Assembly (NCBI GenBank): GCA_050084985.1
Contig: JBITNC010000001.1
Span: forward strand, 177,816,001-177,880,000
Reading direction: 5' to 3'
Length of the DNA stretch: 64,000 bases
From: Nageia nagi
Lineage: Eukaryota; Plantae; Pinophyta
Both the position numbers and the translations under genes were made by a program. The notes below the pieces were generated by a model, which saw only the letters and a list, made by a program, of their open reading frames with translations, was not told the DNA's origin and did not search any database. Positions 13,531 through 26,288 of the stretch are shown here, one piece after another (within the stretch, counting starts at the first letter, position 1; each line of letters begins with the position of its first letter).

Positions 13531-14084
13531 TGTTAGAAAATGGAGACTACAATCGGCTAGAAAATAGAGAGTAGTTTCTTTCTGGTTTAACACCAAATTT
13601 CAGTTGCCAAGAAGCCATGACACCTGTTTATCAGTTACAGAAGGGTTGGGGGTTACCTAACGACCTTCCAGATCTAACTTGGGTTTAAGTTGGTTGGTTT
13701 GTACCTATAAATAAGAGGCTTGAGTTGAGGCATGTAAGATGTAGTTTTGACAGCAATTGTGATTGTAGTTTGATGTCTTATGTAGATAGTATGTGAGAGA
13801 GATTGTAGTGAGGCTTTGTTGTAACTCCAAAGTGAAGGTTGTAGCAAGATTATGCTGCTGGTTTGTTGCTTGGAGGACTTGAAGAATGATATGCAAAAGG
13901 GTTGAAAGCTTCTCCGTGGATGTAGCCTACACTGGGTGAACCACGTTATCTCTTGTGTCTCTCTTGTGTGATTGATGTTCATGGTTGTTTGATTTCAGTA
14001 GTATACTTAAATGTTGTTTCTTTTTGCCAAGGACCAGAAGAATTGTGAATGCTCTTGCTTATATAAACTTATTAAATCCTAACA
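13531..14084 (+). mobile_element. solo LTR (554 bp, copia-type) with TSD GAAAG
   Basis: TGTTAG..CTAACA termini; GAAAG at 13526-13530 and 14085-14089; TATAAATA ~13706; ccgtggatgtag..gaaccacgt motif. Confidence 0.92.
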
Positions 14085-14121
14085 GAAAGCACCTTTCTTA
14101 TGGCACAAGGTAAAGATATGA

Positions 14122-14142
14122 TCTCTCTCTCTCTCTCTCTCT
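14122..14142. repeat. (TC)n microsatellite
   Basis: Directly visible. Confidence 0.95.
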
Positions 14143-15139
14143 TATGTATATATATACACATCATGAATTTAATTTTCTTAATTGTAAATTAAAGCAAAAT
14201 AATACAAACTATTTGGAATTTTTGCCTTGAATAATTTGGAATACAAAAGAATACAAACTATTTGGAATCAGGTTACAATATTGAATAATTTTAAATCTTT
14301 ATTGTCCTCTTTGTAAACAAAAAAAAATCTAATTTTATTTTGGAATTGTGTTAAGGTGCATATTTGCTTGGCTATGCATTCATTACTTATTTAAGCTATT
14401 TTATCTAGAAGAATTTTCAAGTTGGTAACAAGTTCTTCTTGAATATTACATTATAACACCTCTTTAACTAATTGATGTTTGACATATCTTTTAAGTGATC
14501 ATTTTGTTTTTAGATATAGAAAAATTGAAAGCATTATTCAAAAAAAAATCAATGCAAGTAAATACAAAGATGATGAAGCTAGAGCATTTAAAGGAGCTAA
14601 TTAAAGATTGGGGGATTCTCCTTTTACATTGCACTATGTAGCATTGAATAACGATTGTGCATTTTTCATAAAGAAGAGATCATTTGTTTTACAACATTTA
14701 GATGAAGATTGTGCATCTACAAAAGAAGATATTATTTTCTTACAACATTAAGATGATCTTATTTGTGTCCATATTACTTTTGTTGTGAAGTCTATTGTTT
14801 ACATGTGATATATATTTTGAGATATACACTTTTAACATTTGATTTATAATTTATTGGATTTTTATTTTTTATATAAGGATCATTAATTTCCTCCATCGTT
14901 TGCTATTTGAATGTGATTAATATCTATCCTCATTTTTAATTTGTAAATGTCGTATTCTCTTTTTTAAATTAACATAATTTATAAGCATTTAAACAAAAAA
15001 ATCTAAACAAATATTAGTACAATAAATAATAATTCATACTATAAATAATAATAATAAATGTTAACTTTCATATTTCACAAATAAATATATATTCATTTAA
15101 ATAAAATTAAATATTATTTTTTCATCCAATATGTGAATA

Positions 15140-15222
15140 TGTTAGAGGAGCTAGTAGGTAAAGTGTAGCTAAAACTCTCCACTAAAATGTGAGGACCTAG
15201 ATTCAAATCTCATCCCCTTTAA
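15140..15222 (+). mobile_element. possible decayed tRNA-derived SINE head
   Basis: tagctaaa (A-box-like) and gaggacctagattcaaatctc (B-box-like) in an otherwise very AT-rich region. Confidence 0.25.
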
Positions 15223-15949
15223 CAAATGGACATAATTACAAATCCTATTGAATGGTAGATGCAAACAAAATTAAGTACAAACCCCAAATAAATTTGATAG
15301 AATAGATACCTTTCGAATTATAGTAACTTAACCTAAATTTTTTTTCCATAAAAAATGATTTTCATCCACTAACATTTTGAAATTACTTAACTCTCCTTTA
15401 ATTATACAATCAAGGAAAAAAAACATGTAATATTGAATAAAATGTAAAAGAAAATTAGAACCCATCCTATCACATTGTACCAGCCCCAAACTTTATCCAT
15501 ATCAAACGATATGCAAATACATCATACAACAAACAAATGTGCGAAATACCTGCAATCTACATGTTTTAACACAAGTAGAAAATATCTTGAGTGATCCGTC
15601 CTATTCCTATATTTACTGTCTTGTCCTTGCATTTGAGATTAGGTTTGGATGAATATGATGGCAGTGTTTGGCCTACACATGATTTGAGTGATGGGAATAC
15701 TTTAATCCAATCCAAACTAATCAACAACAACATCTCAACTCTTTGTGAAGGTCCCTCTGGTAGAATGATGCTCTCTCGTATTGGGATTTGGTACCCTGCC
15801 CTCGTGTAGTTAAGCTTAAGACATAAGCATTTAGGTGGGGGTGGAGAAGAGTCGCATTGGCACACATCATATTCATTCCCAATAATAATAATAATTGCAA
15901 TGAAAGGGTTGATGGGTGTCGTCTTTCTTTCTGTTCTTGTCCCTCCCAA

Positions 15950-16363
15950 CGGCAGAGGTTAGGATATCAGTCTGTGAAGTACCGGAAACAGCCGGTCATC
16001 GGGCCCCGGGGCTGAAGAACTGTTACCATCCGTTCCACTTTGGAGGTTGAGTAGAATGGTGGCAATAATCCTACTTGCTACCTAGGCAGTACTACACACT
16101 ACTGGTTGTTGTTGTTGTTGTTCTTGATGATTGAGATTGCTTACCGAAGAGAATTAGATACCAAGAAAACAACAGAAGAGAAAAGAAAAAAATAGAAATT
16201 GAGCATTGGGATTGGGAATGTGATATGATTTCACGACATGATTGATTGAATGAATGGATGAAGCGGTGTTTTGGGTGTGGATCGGATGGTTTAGTGCACC
16301 ATAATATCTACTTCACCTGTCTCATAGCATTTGGAGGGAATGCGAGGCGGTGCTTCTTCATAG
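15950..16363 (+). promoter_or_regulatory. probable promoter / non-coding first exon of the SHOU4-like gene
   Basis: CpG-retaining, GC-richer island with (TTG)n at ~16105-16122; donor AG|GTATGC at 16364 and acceptor ctttgcAG ending 17410. Confidence 0.5.
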
Positions 16364-17540
16364 GTATGCTTGTTTTTATTTTTTTTGTCTCTTCTTGCGG
16401 TGAAGGTTGTTTGTTTTGTTTTAAGCTTTTGTGGGTTTGTTTTTGACGTTGGGAGCATCATGGGAATGCATTTGTGCGTCCGCATTTTGGTCAGGCTTTT
16501 TCTGGGTGGTTACAGGTCTGTATGGTGTGTTGGTTGGCGAAATTTGATGTGGGCAAAGCTTCAATTTTTGAGGGATTTTTTATAGGGGTGGGATTTGATT
16601 TTTTTTGGGTCATTCAAGTGGTAGCTTTCATTTCGGCTTGGATTCATGTCGTGGGGCTTAGGTTATAGATGATTTTCCTTCTTAGAGTTTAGGACTGTGG
16701 TATTAGAAAGTGGAGCGCAACCTCATCTGTTGTACTTGTGTCGGTTGGATTGGCAAAGGGTTGAAAATGACCCAGGTACAAATTTTTACTGATCAACATA
16801 ATTAATAAGTGAAATATAGAAAGTTTCCTCTTGTACCAACATGTTTGTGCGCGTACACAAGGGATTCCATATGCCAACATATATGCTGGCTAGACTGTAA
16901 CCTTAGAAAATGGACTGGTGAGATCTTTACAATGGTTAGGCAAGTTGAGAGATGATGTTCCTATTCGTTTGAACTTGGAAATCGGCTAGAACAGGTTTGA
17001 TACACTTCTAACATGTCCCTGTCAGGTAGGGTCTTTAAGGTGTAGGGAATAAGTTGACTAGGTAGACCAGTTTATGAATTAATGTATGTTTCAAATGGCT
17101 GACTTCATAATTTGAGCCATTTTCTTTGGCATTGGAATGAGCTGTTTGGAAGGATTGAATCATGTGTTTTGAGAAATACTATTTTTTATGGATTTCTGTT
17201 TGATGATAAGTGGACATGTTGTCTTTTACTTAAGCAGATCCAGTTTACAATTGCAGCAAGTATTGAGATATTTATATGGGAGAGATGGCTTCTTTTGAAG
17301 AGTTGATTAGTTATACAAGTCATTGCATCTTTTGCATATATAGGCTTTGGTCATGTTGTTTGTGTTTGGAATTGAACTGATAAGTGCAATTGCTCCGCTG
17401 CACTTTGCAGATATGCCGGTTAAAGATTAAAATGAGCTTTGAGACGTTGTTCTTGACCGCATAGTATCAACAGATCTTGACAGCTTTCTCTTGTGTACAA
17501 AAGCATCTCCTTATTTTGTGTTTTGCTGCTGCCAAATTCG

Positions 17541-18503
17541 ATGGGGTCGAGGTTCCCATCACATCAACTCAGCAATGGGCTCTATGTTTCAGGCCGACCT
17601 GAGCAATACAAGGAGAGACTACCTACCATGATGTCCACAGCCATGCCTTACACTGGAGGTGACATTAAGAAGTCCGGGGAACTTGGCAAAATGTTTGACA
17701 TTCCTGTTGATAATTCAAAAATGAAGAAATCTGGACCTGTAGCTAATGCCCCTACCAAAACTGGATCATTTAATGGACCTGCATCATATTCTGGTCCGCT
17801 TCCATCCAATTCAGCTGCTCGAGCTGGTTATACAACTTCAGGACCTATATCATCATCTGTTACACCAGCGACAGGTCCATCCAGGCAGAAATCTAATTCA
17901 GGACCACTTAATAGAAGTGGAGATCCTGTCAGGAAAACCTCCGGCCCTCTTTCTGGTGGTGTCACTCCACTTGTCCGTCAAACTTCTGGACCTCTTCCCC
18001 CTTCGCTCCCTGCAACTGGTCTCATTACTTCTGGTCCAATTTCTTCAGGTCCACTAAATTCATCTGGGGCACCAAGAAAAGTGTCTGGGCCCATGGAATC
18101 TAGTGCATCTGGTAAGCTCCATAGTGTATCTAGTGCATCAGGTAAGCTCCACAATGTATCTGGTGCATCTGGTAAGCTTCACAGTGTATCTATGGGAAAT
18201 AGTCATGTTGTCACCAATCTGAGCCATGATGAAGCATATTTTTTCAAGAGAAATATCCCTAGAGTGATCCTTTGGACTGTTATTCCACTCTTTCTCATGG
18301 GCTTCATAGCTGGTGGGTTCATTCTGGCTGCTGTTCAGAATGCCATTTTACTCATAGTTGTCATTGGTATCTTTTGTGCTGTGGCGGTGCTTCTGATATG
18401 GAACACCTGTTGGGGGAAGAGGGCAGTTACAGGTTTTGTGTCAGGATATCCAGATGCAGAACTCAGGAATGCAAAAGATGGGCAATATGTTAAGGTCTCT
18501 GGG
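17541..18503 (+). CDS. SHOU4L: SHOU4/SHOU4L-family membrane protein, coding exon 1
   Basis: MGSRFPSHQLSNGLYVSGRPEQ..MPYTGGDIKKSGELGKMFDIP matches the At1g16860/At1g78880 family from memory; SGPL repeats; two hydrophobic helices; donor GTAAGT at 18504. Confidence 0.92.
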
Positions 18504-18745
18504 GTAAGTATACTTCTGTGTAGCCTCCTAAATCTGTTTTTCTAATTTCTTGTCAAAGCAAAAACAGCTAATTGGTCAACAGAATTCTTAAAGTGTGAAC
18601 GCCGAAGAGGGTTTAATTGCTGAAGAGTCTGCTATCACCTTCATAAATTGTATGACAAAATAAAATGTTATTTTGTTCTTTCAGTATTGATGAAATAAAC
18701 AATAGCTAAGCTAGCTACTTAATCTTGCTTTATATTTTCTTTCAG

Positions 18746-18901
18746 GTTGTCACATGTGGAAGTGTTCCACTTGAGTCTTCATATCACAAAGTTTCTAGAT
18801 GTGTGTACACTTCTACGGGACTCTGTGAGTACAGGGGATGGGATTCAAAGCCAGCAAATGCCAAACATCGACGTTTCACTTGGGGACTCAGATACGTAGA
18901 G
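18746..18901 (+). CDS. SHOU4L: SHOU4-like coding exon 2 (VVTCGSVPLESS..TWGLRYVE)
   Basis: tttcAG acceptor, GT donor at 18902, phase 0/0, conserved peptide. Confidence 0.92.
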
Positions 18902-21099
18902 GTTTTAATGCTTAATCTTTTCCTTCTGCTTAAATGTTATTTACCATCTTGTCAATGTTCTGCCTGTTTAAACAGCATTTATCTTTGAATGATTTGAGAA
19001 TGCATGTTTCAAAAAATGCTCCACAGGTAGAGCAAAAGTAAAAAACTTTGCAGGACCATATACTTTGAGCAAAGTTTGCATACAAATATTTAGTAATGGA
19101 AATAGCAGACAGAAAGCCCTACTTAAGGTAGCCTCAAGTCTACCCTGATACTCTGTTTGTGTTGAATTCTAGAACAATCTGCAAATTCATGGACCAGGCT
19201 TTCATGCGAATCTTCAATTTGGTAGCCACATGACACTGTTTGAATGCATATTTATTGAGATTGTTGTTATCATAAGGACCATATCACATAATTGCTGACA
19301 TTGCCTGATAGAGTAAGTCTTGGATTATGAGGAGGCTAATGCTGCAGGCAGTTAATGGTTCACAATAAATCAATGGAAGTCAATTTCAAGCAGTAGGATT
19401 TAACTGACACATGCAAAAATAAACATCAATGCCTCACAGTAGAATCTGAATTTGATCATAACCAGATCTTCAATTGGCAGATGAATCTCCGTGCAGTATT
19501 AGCGAAGAATTCTGACTGTTCCATAGTTTTTCATTTGAACATACTGCTTATGTTCTCTCTGAATATAATTATAATGTTATGGCATAAGAAAGTGGAGTTG
19601 TGGTAATCAATAGGTAGTAGATACTACTCTTGCATGGTCATAATTTGTAACTAATAACAACAGCAATATTACTAACTTAATTATATATGTCTGGCCAAAC
19701 TCACTATATTTTTATCTGATACAAAATTAGGTTAAAAGCTTAAAATATAGTACTATCTCTAGAGCGGGCCTTTTGGCTATTCAGTGTTCACGATTTCTTG
19801 TTCTTACAAGAGAGAAGTGTCAGCAATTTTGCATCTTAATTTTTCTCTGCATCTGAACTAAAAAGAACATTATTACCACTTATATACTGAAGCCAGAGTC
19901 GATGAAAACCTTTAAATAAATATTATACAATTGATATTCGCAAGCACTTAGTGAGATCATTCATTATTGGTATTCCAAGGACAAATATTTTATCCTGCAT
20001 GTAATGTGACTTAATAATGAATAGAAAATTTGCCTTGTCTTCGGTCCATTACATTTCAACTTAATATGCAAAGTCCTGCAATGTTCTTAATGTTTGAATG
20101 CAGAAATAATCCACATGGATATCCTGCCTCCACATCAGCCCAGTGTTGCCTGCATTGTCTTGTTATGATGGTCTCCAAGCTTCCCGTGATTGTCTGATTG
20201 TATTATTTCCACCTTTGTGATTGCAATAGACGTCTAGGAATGAAGGCTCACAAGAAGAGCTGTTGTAGATACCGTTTGAACTTTACTGATCAGTTGTACC
20301 ATTTCATACCAATAAGGAGATTAAAGCAAATGTCTCACCACAAGTATAAGAAATAAAAAACTTCTGTTGGCAGCCCCCTATTTTTCTCTTAGAAGCCTCT
20401 ATGAACCTGAGTATAATGCATTTTTTTCGGAGCTGTTGAATTTTTAAGGAACTTCCAGCTCTTTTTTTTCCCCATTCAGTCTTATTATAGATCTCTTGAA
20501 TGGGGTGTCTAAACAAAAATCATCACTTGCACTTTCATGTTTGCTGGAAGACTTTGAAGACATCTTACTCAGATTTTCTGATGAAAAAATCCAAACTTCT
20601 CTGTTGCCTATAAAAAGGGCACTTAATCTTCTTGAGTTCTGGAGAAATAAGTCCAATAATGTAAATCATATCGTGTACCAAACCCTTATTCACTATGTTG
20701 TGCAAAAATGCTTAGGAATGAATAACGGATTGGTAAAGTCAGGAGTTTTAATAGCTATTTAAATAATTTTTTTGCCCTCAGAATGTAATGGTATCTATAG
20801 ATTTTTTTTTTCTATTTATGCTTTTTCGTTTTATAGATTTTTTTCTTGTATACGCCACAAAACTTTATGAATCCTGGGAATGTTTCTTGCTGATAGAAAA
20901 TATTTGTCTTTGGCGTTTAAATATTTCCTGGAGACATTCAAGACAGCTGATACAGACCATAAAATGACAGTTGATTTTTGTTTTGTTTAAATCACATCTA
21001 TTTCTGGAGATATTCAAGGGGCTAAAGGTGACCAATAAGTGTTTCTGGATTACTAGATATAAGTTAGCATTGTTGAAACTCTATAGCAGTTTGGATTCT

Positions 21100-21930
21100 T
21101 GGAAATATCGGAGCTTTGAATCTTCTGATTCTAAGAGTGACTCATGATTGTTTGGTATTTCTTCTTGTTGGGACTGCTCATATGCCAATATGTGTAGGCA
21201 TTTTCTGCTACCATCCTGAAAGTTAAAATAATAATGAGAAAATGATCTCCCATGCTAGATTTTTTTTTATTGAGTGCTAGTCCTGTCAAGGTTGCATAGG
21301 AGTGGCAATAATTAATAATAAACAATTAACATGATATATGGTGAACATTAGGCCACATGATCAAAGCATCAACAATGCTGAGAAGACTTCTTGCATGGAC
21401 ATAGGGGTGAAGTCTTGCAATTATAATATAGGAATTAACATAAGATTTAGCCTGTTTTACAACTAGATTGAAGATAGAATATATTAGCCAAGTGAGCCTG
21501 AGAAAGCTGAAATTCAAGAACATTGATAAAAATGGCATTTGAATGCTTTAGCCACATCTAGCAATAAAGAGTGCAAAACTCGAATACCATATTTGTCAAG
21601 CAATGTGTGAGGGTCATAACATCATGGCATAGCTCATGGTGTTGTCTTTGATCAAAGTGAACATGGCTATTGAAGATCAATCGAGTTGCATCAATGTAAG
21701 AAGCATATGCAACCATATCAACAATATCTAAAATCCAAGATGCCTTTCTTGCATCACTTCTACAATTAGCACAAAAGTGAAAGGTTATAAATGCAGCTTT
21801 TAACATGGCGTTGAAACAAGAATATCGAGTATAGCAGGAATAAAGGGAAGGTCCTTTGCATCATTTGATCTCCTCAAGTTCAACAATCAGGTTATGGTAT
21901 TCAGGTTTTGTTTTCTTATCTACTTGAACT
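21100..21930 (-). mobile_element. decayed LINE (L1-like) RT fragment in intron 2
   Basis: Minus-strand LLLDVAKAF (LD..KAFD motif) near 21540-21570; upstream WILDIV; downstream IVDAL. Confidence 0.5.
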
Positions 21931-22199
21931 TTTAAGTAGGAGAGGGGTAGGCAAGGCTATGCTGTTCCCCTACTCTTTTCCAACACCTTTATCAACAGTA
22001 TTATGGAGGAACTTCCATGGTTGCATGTTCATGTTACTTGAACTGTTGAGCTTGTTGTTCATGCTACTTGAACTGTTGAGATTATCTATGTTTCAATTTG
22101 CAAATTATTTAATCTTATTTACAAAGTCTATGGATGGTTTTAAGGTGCCACATCAAATTGCCAACATAAGGATTAACATGGTCTGATAAGTATGTGTGA

Positions 22200-23460
22200 A
22201 GTGTGTTATTGATATATTCAAAGCCATGGTTATATTTGGCAATCAGATCAACTTAGAGTCATGAGGCTTGGAGATAGCAAAACATGAGTGTTGACTCATG
22301 CAAACATATGTGTTGAGAATGTTTTAGGGCTTCAACTACAGGAATCATAAAGGAGAATGCAGAATCAGAAAAGAGGGATCTTCATGGAACAGGAAATTTC
22401 ATGGCTTTTAATGTACCTTTCTGGTCTTCTGCATTCAAAGAATTGATATTTCCTTTTCTTATCTTTGGTTCTGATATTGTGGGGATGCATGATGTTGGTC
22501 TCTAGAATTGTCCTGTGGTTGTGCAAGAACTCAATGGGATTTTTGGAAAGCATTCAACAGCCTTGTCAGTTGCACTGGGAGTTAAACATATAGTTAGTTC
22601 ACTCTATAATGCGAGACACTTGACTGGAGTCAATCTAAAGTTTGCAAGACCTGGATTGCAGATCATGTTAGCCACATTGAGCTTTTGCTTAATGGGTTAG
22701 AGGAGGATGTTGATTTACAGAATAATGAAGTGTGTTGTATGACATGTTGCTGTGCTGGAGGAGAAACTGGTTAGGAAGAAGAGTAACTGTAATAGTAACT
22801 TTCATAAAGATTTCAAGCTCATTGAGATCAGATATTTTAACAAAGGGCCCACAGGTATGGGCCAGAGAGTGTAGAATCACCTTTGGGTTGCTAAATGCTA
22901 GAGCTGGGTAGGGTTTGTAGCCTAGTTAGCTGTCAGGGATGGCTGATAAATTCATAGGTGATCAGTGCCTCTTTATGGTGAGGCCGGTGAGGGTGGCAGA
23001 GATTTTCTCTTTGAGTTGACCCTTCAATTTTTTTATCCCAATCTGGTTGATTGTAGGGAAGGGCTGATTTATGCAAATGTGTTTGGAGTTTAAGCAAGAT
23101 GAGGTTTTGGTGCTTGTCACGCTTCTTCATGAGGTGTTTAACAAACAGCTTTGGCCAATTGGATAGCTTTGGAGCTATGGAGATCATTTCTTTTTGTGGC
23201 ATTATCCATGTAGCTCTGAGCCTTTTTTATTGGAAAGAGCAGAAGGAAACATTGTGGTGGTGGTGGGGTGTGCGTGTTACCTAAAGCCCCAGCCAGGCTG
23301 TATGCTTTCTGTTGAGTCAATGGTGGAATAGGTTGAGCCATCATTCTCTTTGGCTCATAGGTGATACTGTTGCCCTTTTACCATTTTTTCAAAGGGGTTA
23401 TTTTCTCATTGGTTGGGTATGAAGCCCAGGATGGGTAGCATTGAAGCCCTCAGACTCACT
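22200..23460 (+). mobile_element. decayed LINE (L1-like) ORF2 3' fragment in intron 2
   Basis: Broken motifs resembling FPFxYLG, FFW and YWKE; heavily frameshifted. Confidence 0.35.
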
Positions 23461-25020
23461 GGATTAAAATAAAATACAGAATTTCAATGCAGAGATCCAT
23501 ATGGTTACAACTTTACATAAGTTGGCCTTTGTCTACAGGACAAGTGTATGACTTCCAATTTTATGTAGAAGCTATAGAGATGAGTGGTCCCTTCTCACTA
23601 TCAATCATGAGAAAAAATTCTTGCCGGCCTTCTAGTCATTATGCCTATTCTTTCAATCATATACAATGGTTATATGCTGAGCTTCTCTTTTCTGTTCTCA
23701 ACCTCCTTGTGTACAATGGGTAGGTGAAATATTAACCTTAGTCTAAGCAGAAACTGTGACTTTCCAACTAGAAGGAACGTATTCCTCAGTTTATTACAAT
23801 GTAGCTTTTGCTGTAATTTGTAGAAACAAATTTTTGGGTCCTTTGTTTGTCTACTTGGATTGACAGCTAGTTTAAGTTTCAAGGATAGCCTTTACAAAAA
23901 CATGTTGATGTGTTGTACTACATATAGCACAGGGTTTGGGAGGCCTGCAATGTAAAATAGCCACCTAAGTTTTCTCCAACTATATGAACTTCCTTGTGTT
24001 GGTTTATTAAAGGTTACCTTTAAAATGGATGGAAACAAGAAGAATGGTGATGTTTTTTATTCAATCCTTTATGCCATTAGAAATTGGTTCTGTCCACGGC
24101 ATTTGTTTGGGGTGTAGCGTTGTAGGTAGTAACCAAGTGGGATTTCAAGTTCTGCTACATCTGTTTACCCATTATTGGCAGATTTGATTACCATCCTTGG
24201 TCTGCTATCGGAGTTTTATTCTTGGATAGTTCATGCCTCTTCCCATTTGGTTTTGAACTTAAAGCAGACTTCTTATTGGTACTTTGGCATTGTGCTTTAG
24301 AAACTCTGTGTGATATCAATTACAAAACATATTTCATGTTTTCAAAATACTGTTTTATTTACAGAGTAGAGATGGAGCAAATAAGTTGGGTCTATCAATG
24401 TCCATGCTTTGGAAGTATAAATTTGGCAGGATTTTTTATCTCCTTTTAACCCGCTTTGATGATGCCAGTTGTGTGTATCACAACAGCCTTTGATGTCATC
24501 AGATTATAGTATTACATGTTTTCTAAAAACAATATATAAAAAGTTCATTCAGTGTTTTGCAGCTAGCCCACTGTAATCATCTAAAAAAGAATGTTCCAAG
24601 ACAGGTTGATCTTTCGTGTCATATATTTCTCAGTGCTAAAACTATGGAACAAATAGAAATTGATATCTAGGGAATGCGTCTTGTCAGCATGAAGTCCCAA
24701 TGATATGTATAGGCAATTGTGAACTATCATGCATACGGACAATCACTATTGTATCCTTCTTTATTTGATATACAGTTTAACATACTGACCATGTTATAAG
24801 GAGATATAAATATCATTTGTAGTGGAATTGTCTAATGACACCTGTTTTAATGCACATACAAATGTCCTGTTTGAATGCGCTTTCACTATGATAAGTGAGG
24901 TTTTTATGTGAGAGTGAGATACAACTGAAGGTATACCTCTCTTGACACACACTTCACATGCAAAGCTATCCTATCTGCCTTCTGCAAGGACATGGGTGTG
25001 ATGGTAGTAATATAGTTGAG

Positions 25021-25812
25021 TTCAGAGGTTATCACAATTGCGCCAAGACATTCTGGAAGAATCTATCATAAAGGTGTTTTTCTTGGACATCTGTTTTCCA
25101 TGCTGTATATTTTCCTACGAGTACATTTCATTTGACAGCAGCTTCTGTTTCTATAATCATGCCAGAACTTCCAAACAAGACATGGTGTTGCAGAAGCAGG
25201 AAGATAGAAAAAAAATCAACAAAACTGTGTCTGCGTGAATTACAAGAACAAAGAAAGAACATTGTGTTTGATCATGTATTTTGTGCTCAGGGGTTATCAC
25301 AATTGCTCCAAGTCATCCTGGAAAAATCTATCATTAAAGTGTCTTTCTTGGACATCTGTTTTCCATGCTGTATATTTTTCTGAGTACATTCCATTTGACA
25401 ACAGCTTCTGTTTCTATAATCATGCCAGAACTTCCAAACAAGGCATGGTGTTGCAGAAGCAGGAAGATAAGAAAAGCAATATCAGCAAAACTTTGTCTGC
25501 GATGGAATAAAAGAACGAAGAAAGAACGTTATGTTTGATCATGTGTTTTGTGCTCAGGGGTTATCACAATTGTGCCAAAGCATCCTTGAAGAACCTATCT
25601 TGGAAGTGTCTTTCTTGGACACCTGTTTTCCATGCTGTATATTATGAGTACATTCCATTTGACAGCAGCTTCTATTTCTATAATCATGCCAGAACTTCCA
25701 AACAGGACATGGACTTGCAGAAGCCGGAAGATAAGAAAAACAAAATCAACAAAACTTTGCCTGTGATGAAATACAAGAAGGAAGAAAGAACATTATGTTT
25801 GATCATGTGTTT
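25021..25812. repeat. tandem repeat, 3 copies of ~266 bp, in intron 2
   Basis: cag(a/g)ggttatcacaattg at 25023, 25288, 25555; ttctataatcatgccagaacttccaaaca in each unit. Confidence 0.95.
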
Positions 25813-26076
25813 TAAGATGGTTCAATGTCAAAACTTTTCAACAAAGAGGGGATGTTATATGGTTCCTAATGTTATACGTAACACTGTTACTAATATATAT
25901 GTAGTGTTTTTTGCATCATCATTTGGTCAATATGTCACACTCCTTAGATTTACAGTTGGTACCTTTATTTTTGTGAATGACATTTTCTGGTTTATGATAA
26001 GAAAACTATGCTTGAGAGTTTGTATATCTTGGTGATCATGGCTTTCCTAGATTGAATCATATTTGATGTGTGGCAG

Positions 26077-26288
26077 AGGCATGTTGTGGACTTCTACATA
26101 TCAGACTTTCAATCTGGCTTAAGAGCATTGGTAAAAGCTGGGTATGGTGCGAGAGTTACAGCATACGTGGATGAGAGTACTCTCCTTGATGTCAACAAAA
26201 ATATGAAGGATCTACCCTCAAACTTTATACGGTGGCTTGGGGAAAGAAACCTTTCAAGTGATGATCGAGTAATGCGTCTGAAGGAAGG
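26077..26288 (+). CDS. SHOU4L: SHOU4-like coding exon 3 (RHVVDFYISDFQSGLRALVKAGYG..RLKEG)
   Basis: tggcAG acceptor, GTAAGG donor at 26289 (phase 2), conserved peptide. Confidence 0.93.

Noticed and set aside
13674-13982. 102-aa minus-strand ORF
   Set aside because: Lies wholly within the solo LTR; spurious
15566-16880. Short ORFs on both strands upstream of the gene
   Set aside because: No family similarity or splice-consistent structure; region fits promoter, UTR and intron
17493-17540. 16-aa N-terminal extension in the ORF track
   Set aside because: Starts at GTG; the family N-terminus begins MGSRFPSH at 17541
25038-26035. Overlapping ORFs up to 166 aa in intron 2
   Set aside because: Products of the 266-bp repeat; frames shift between units; no recognisable domain
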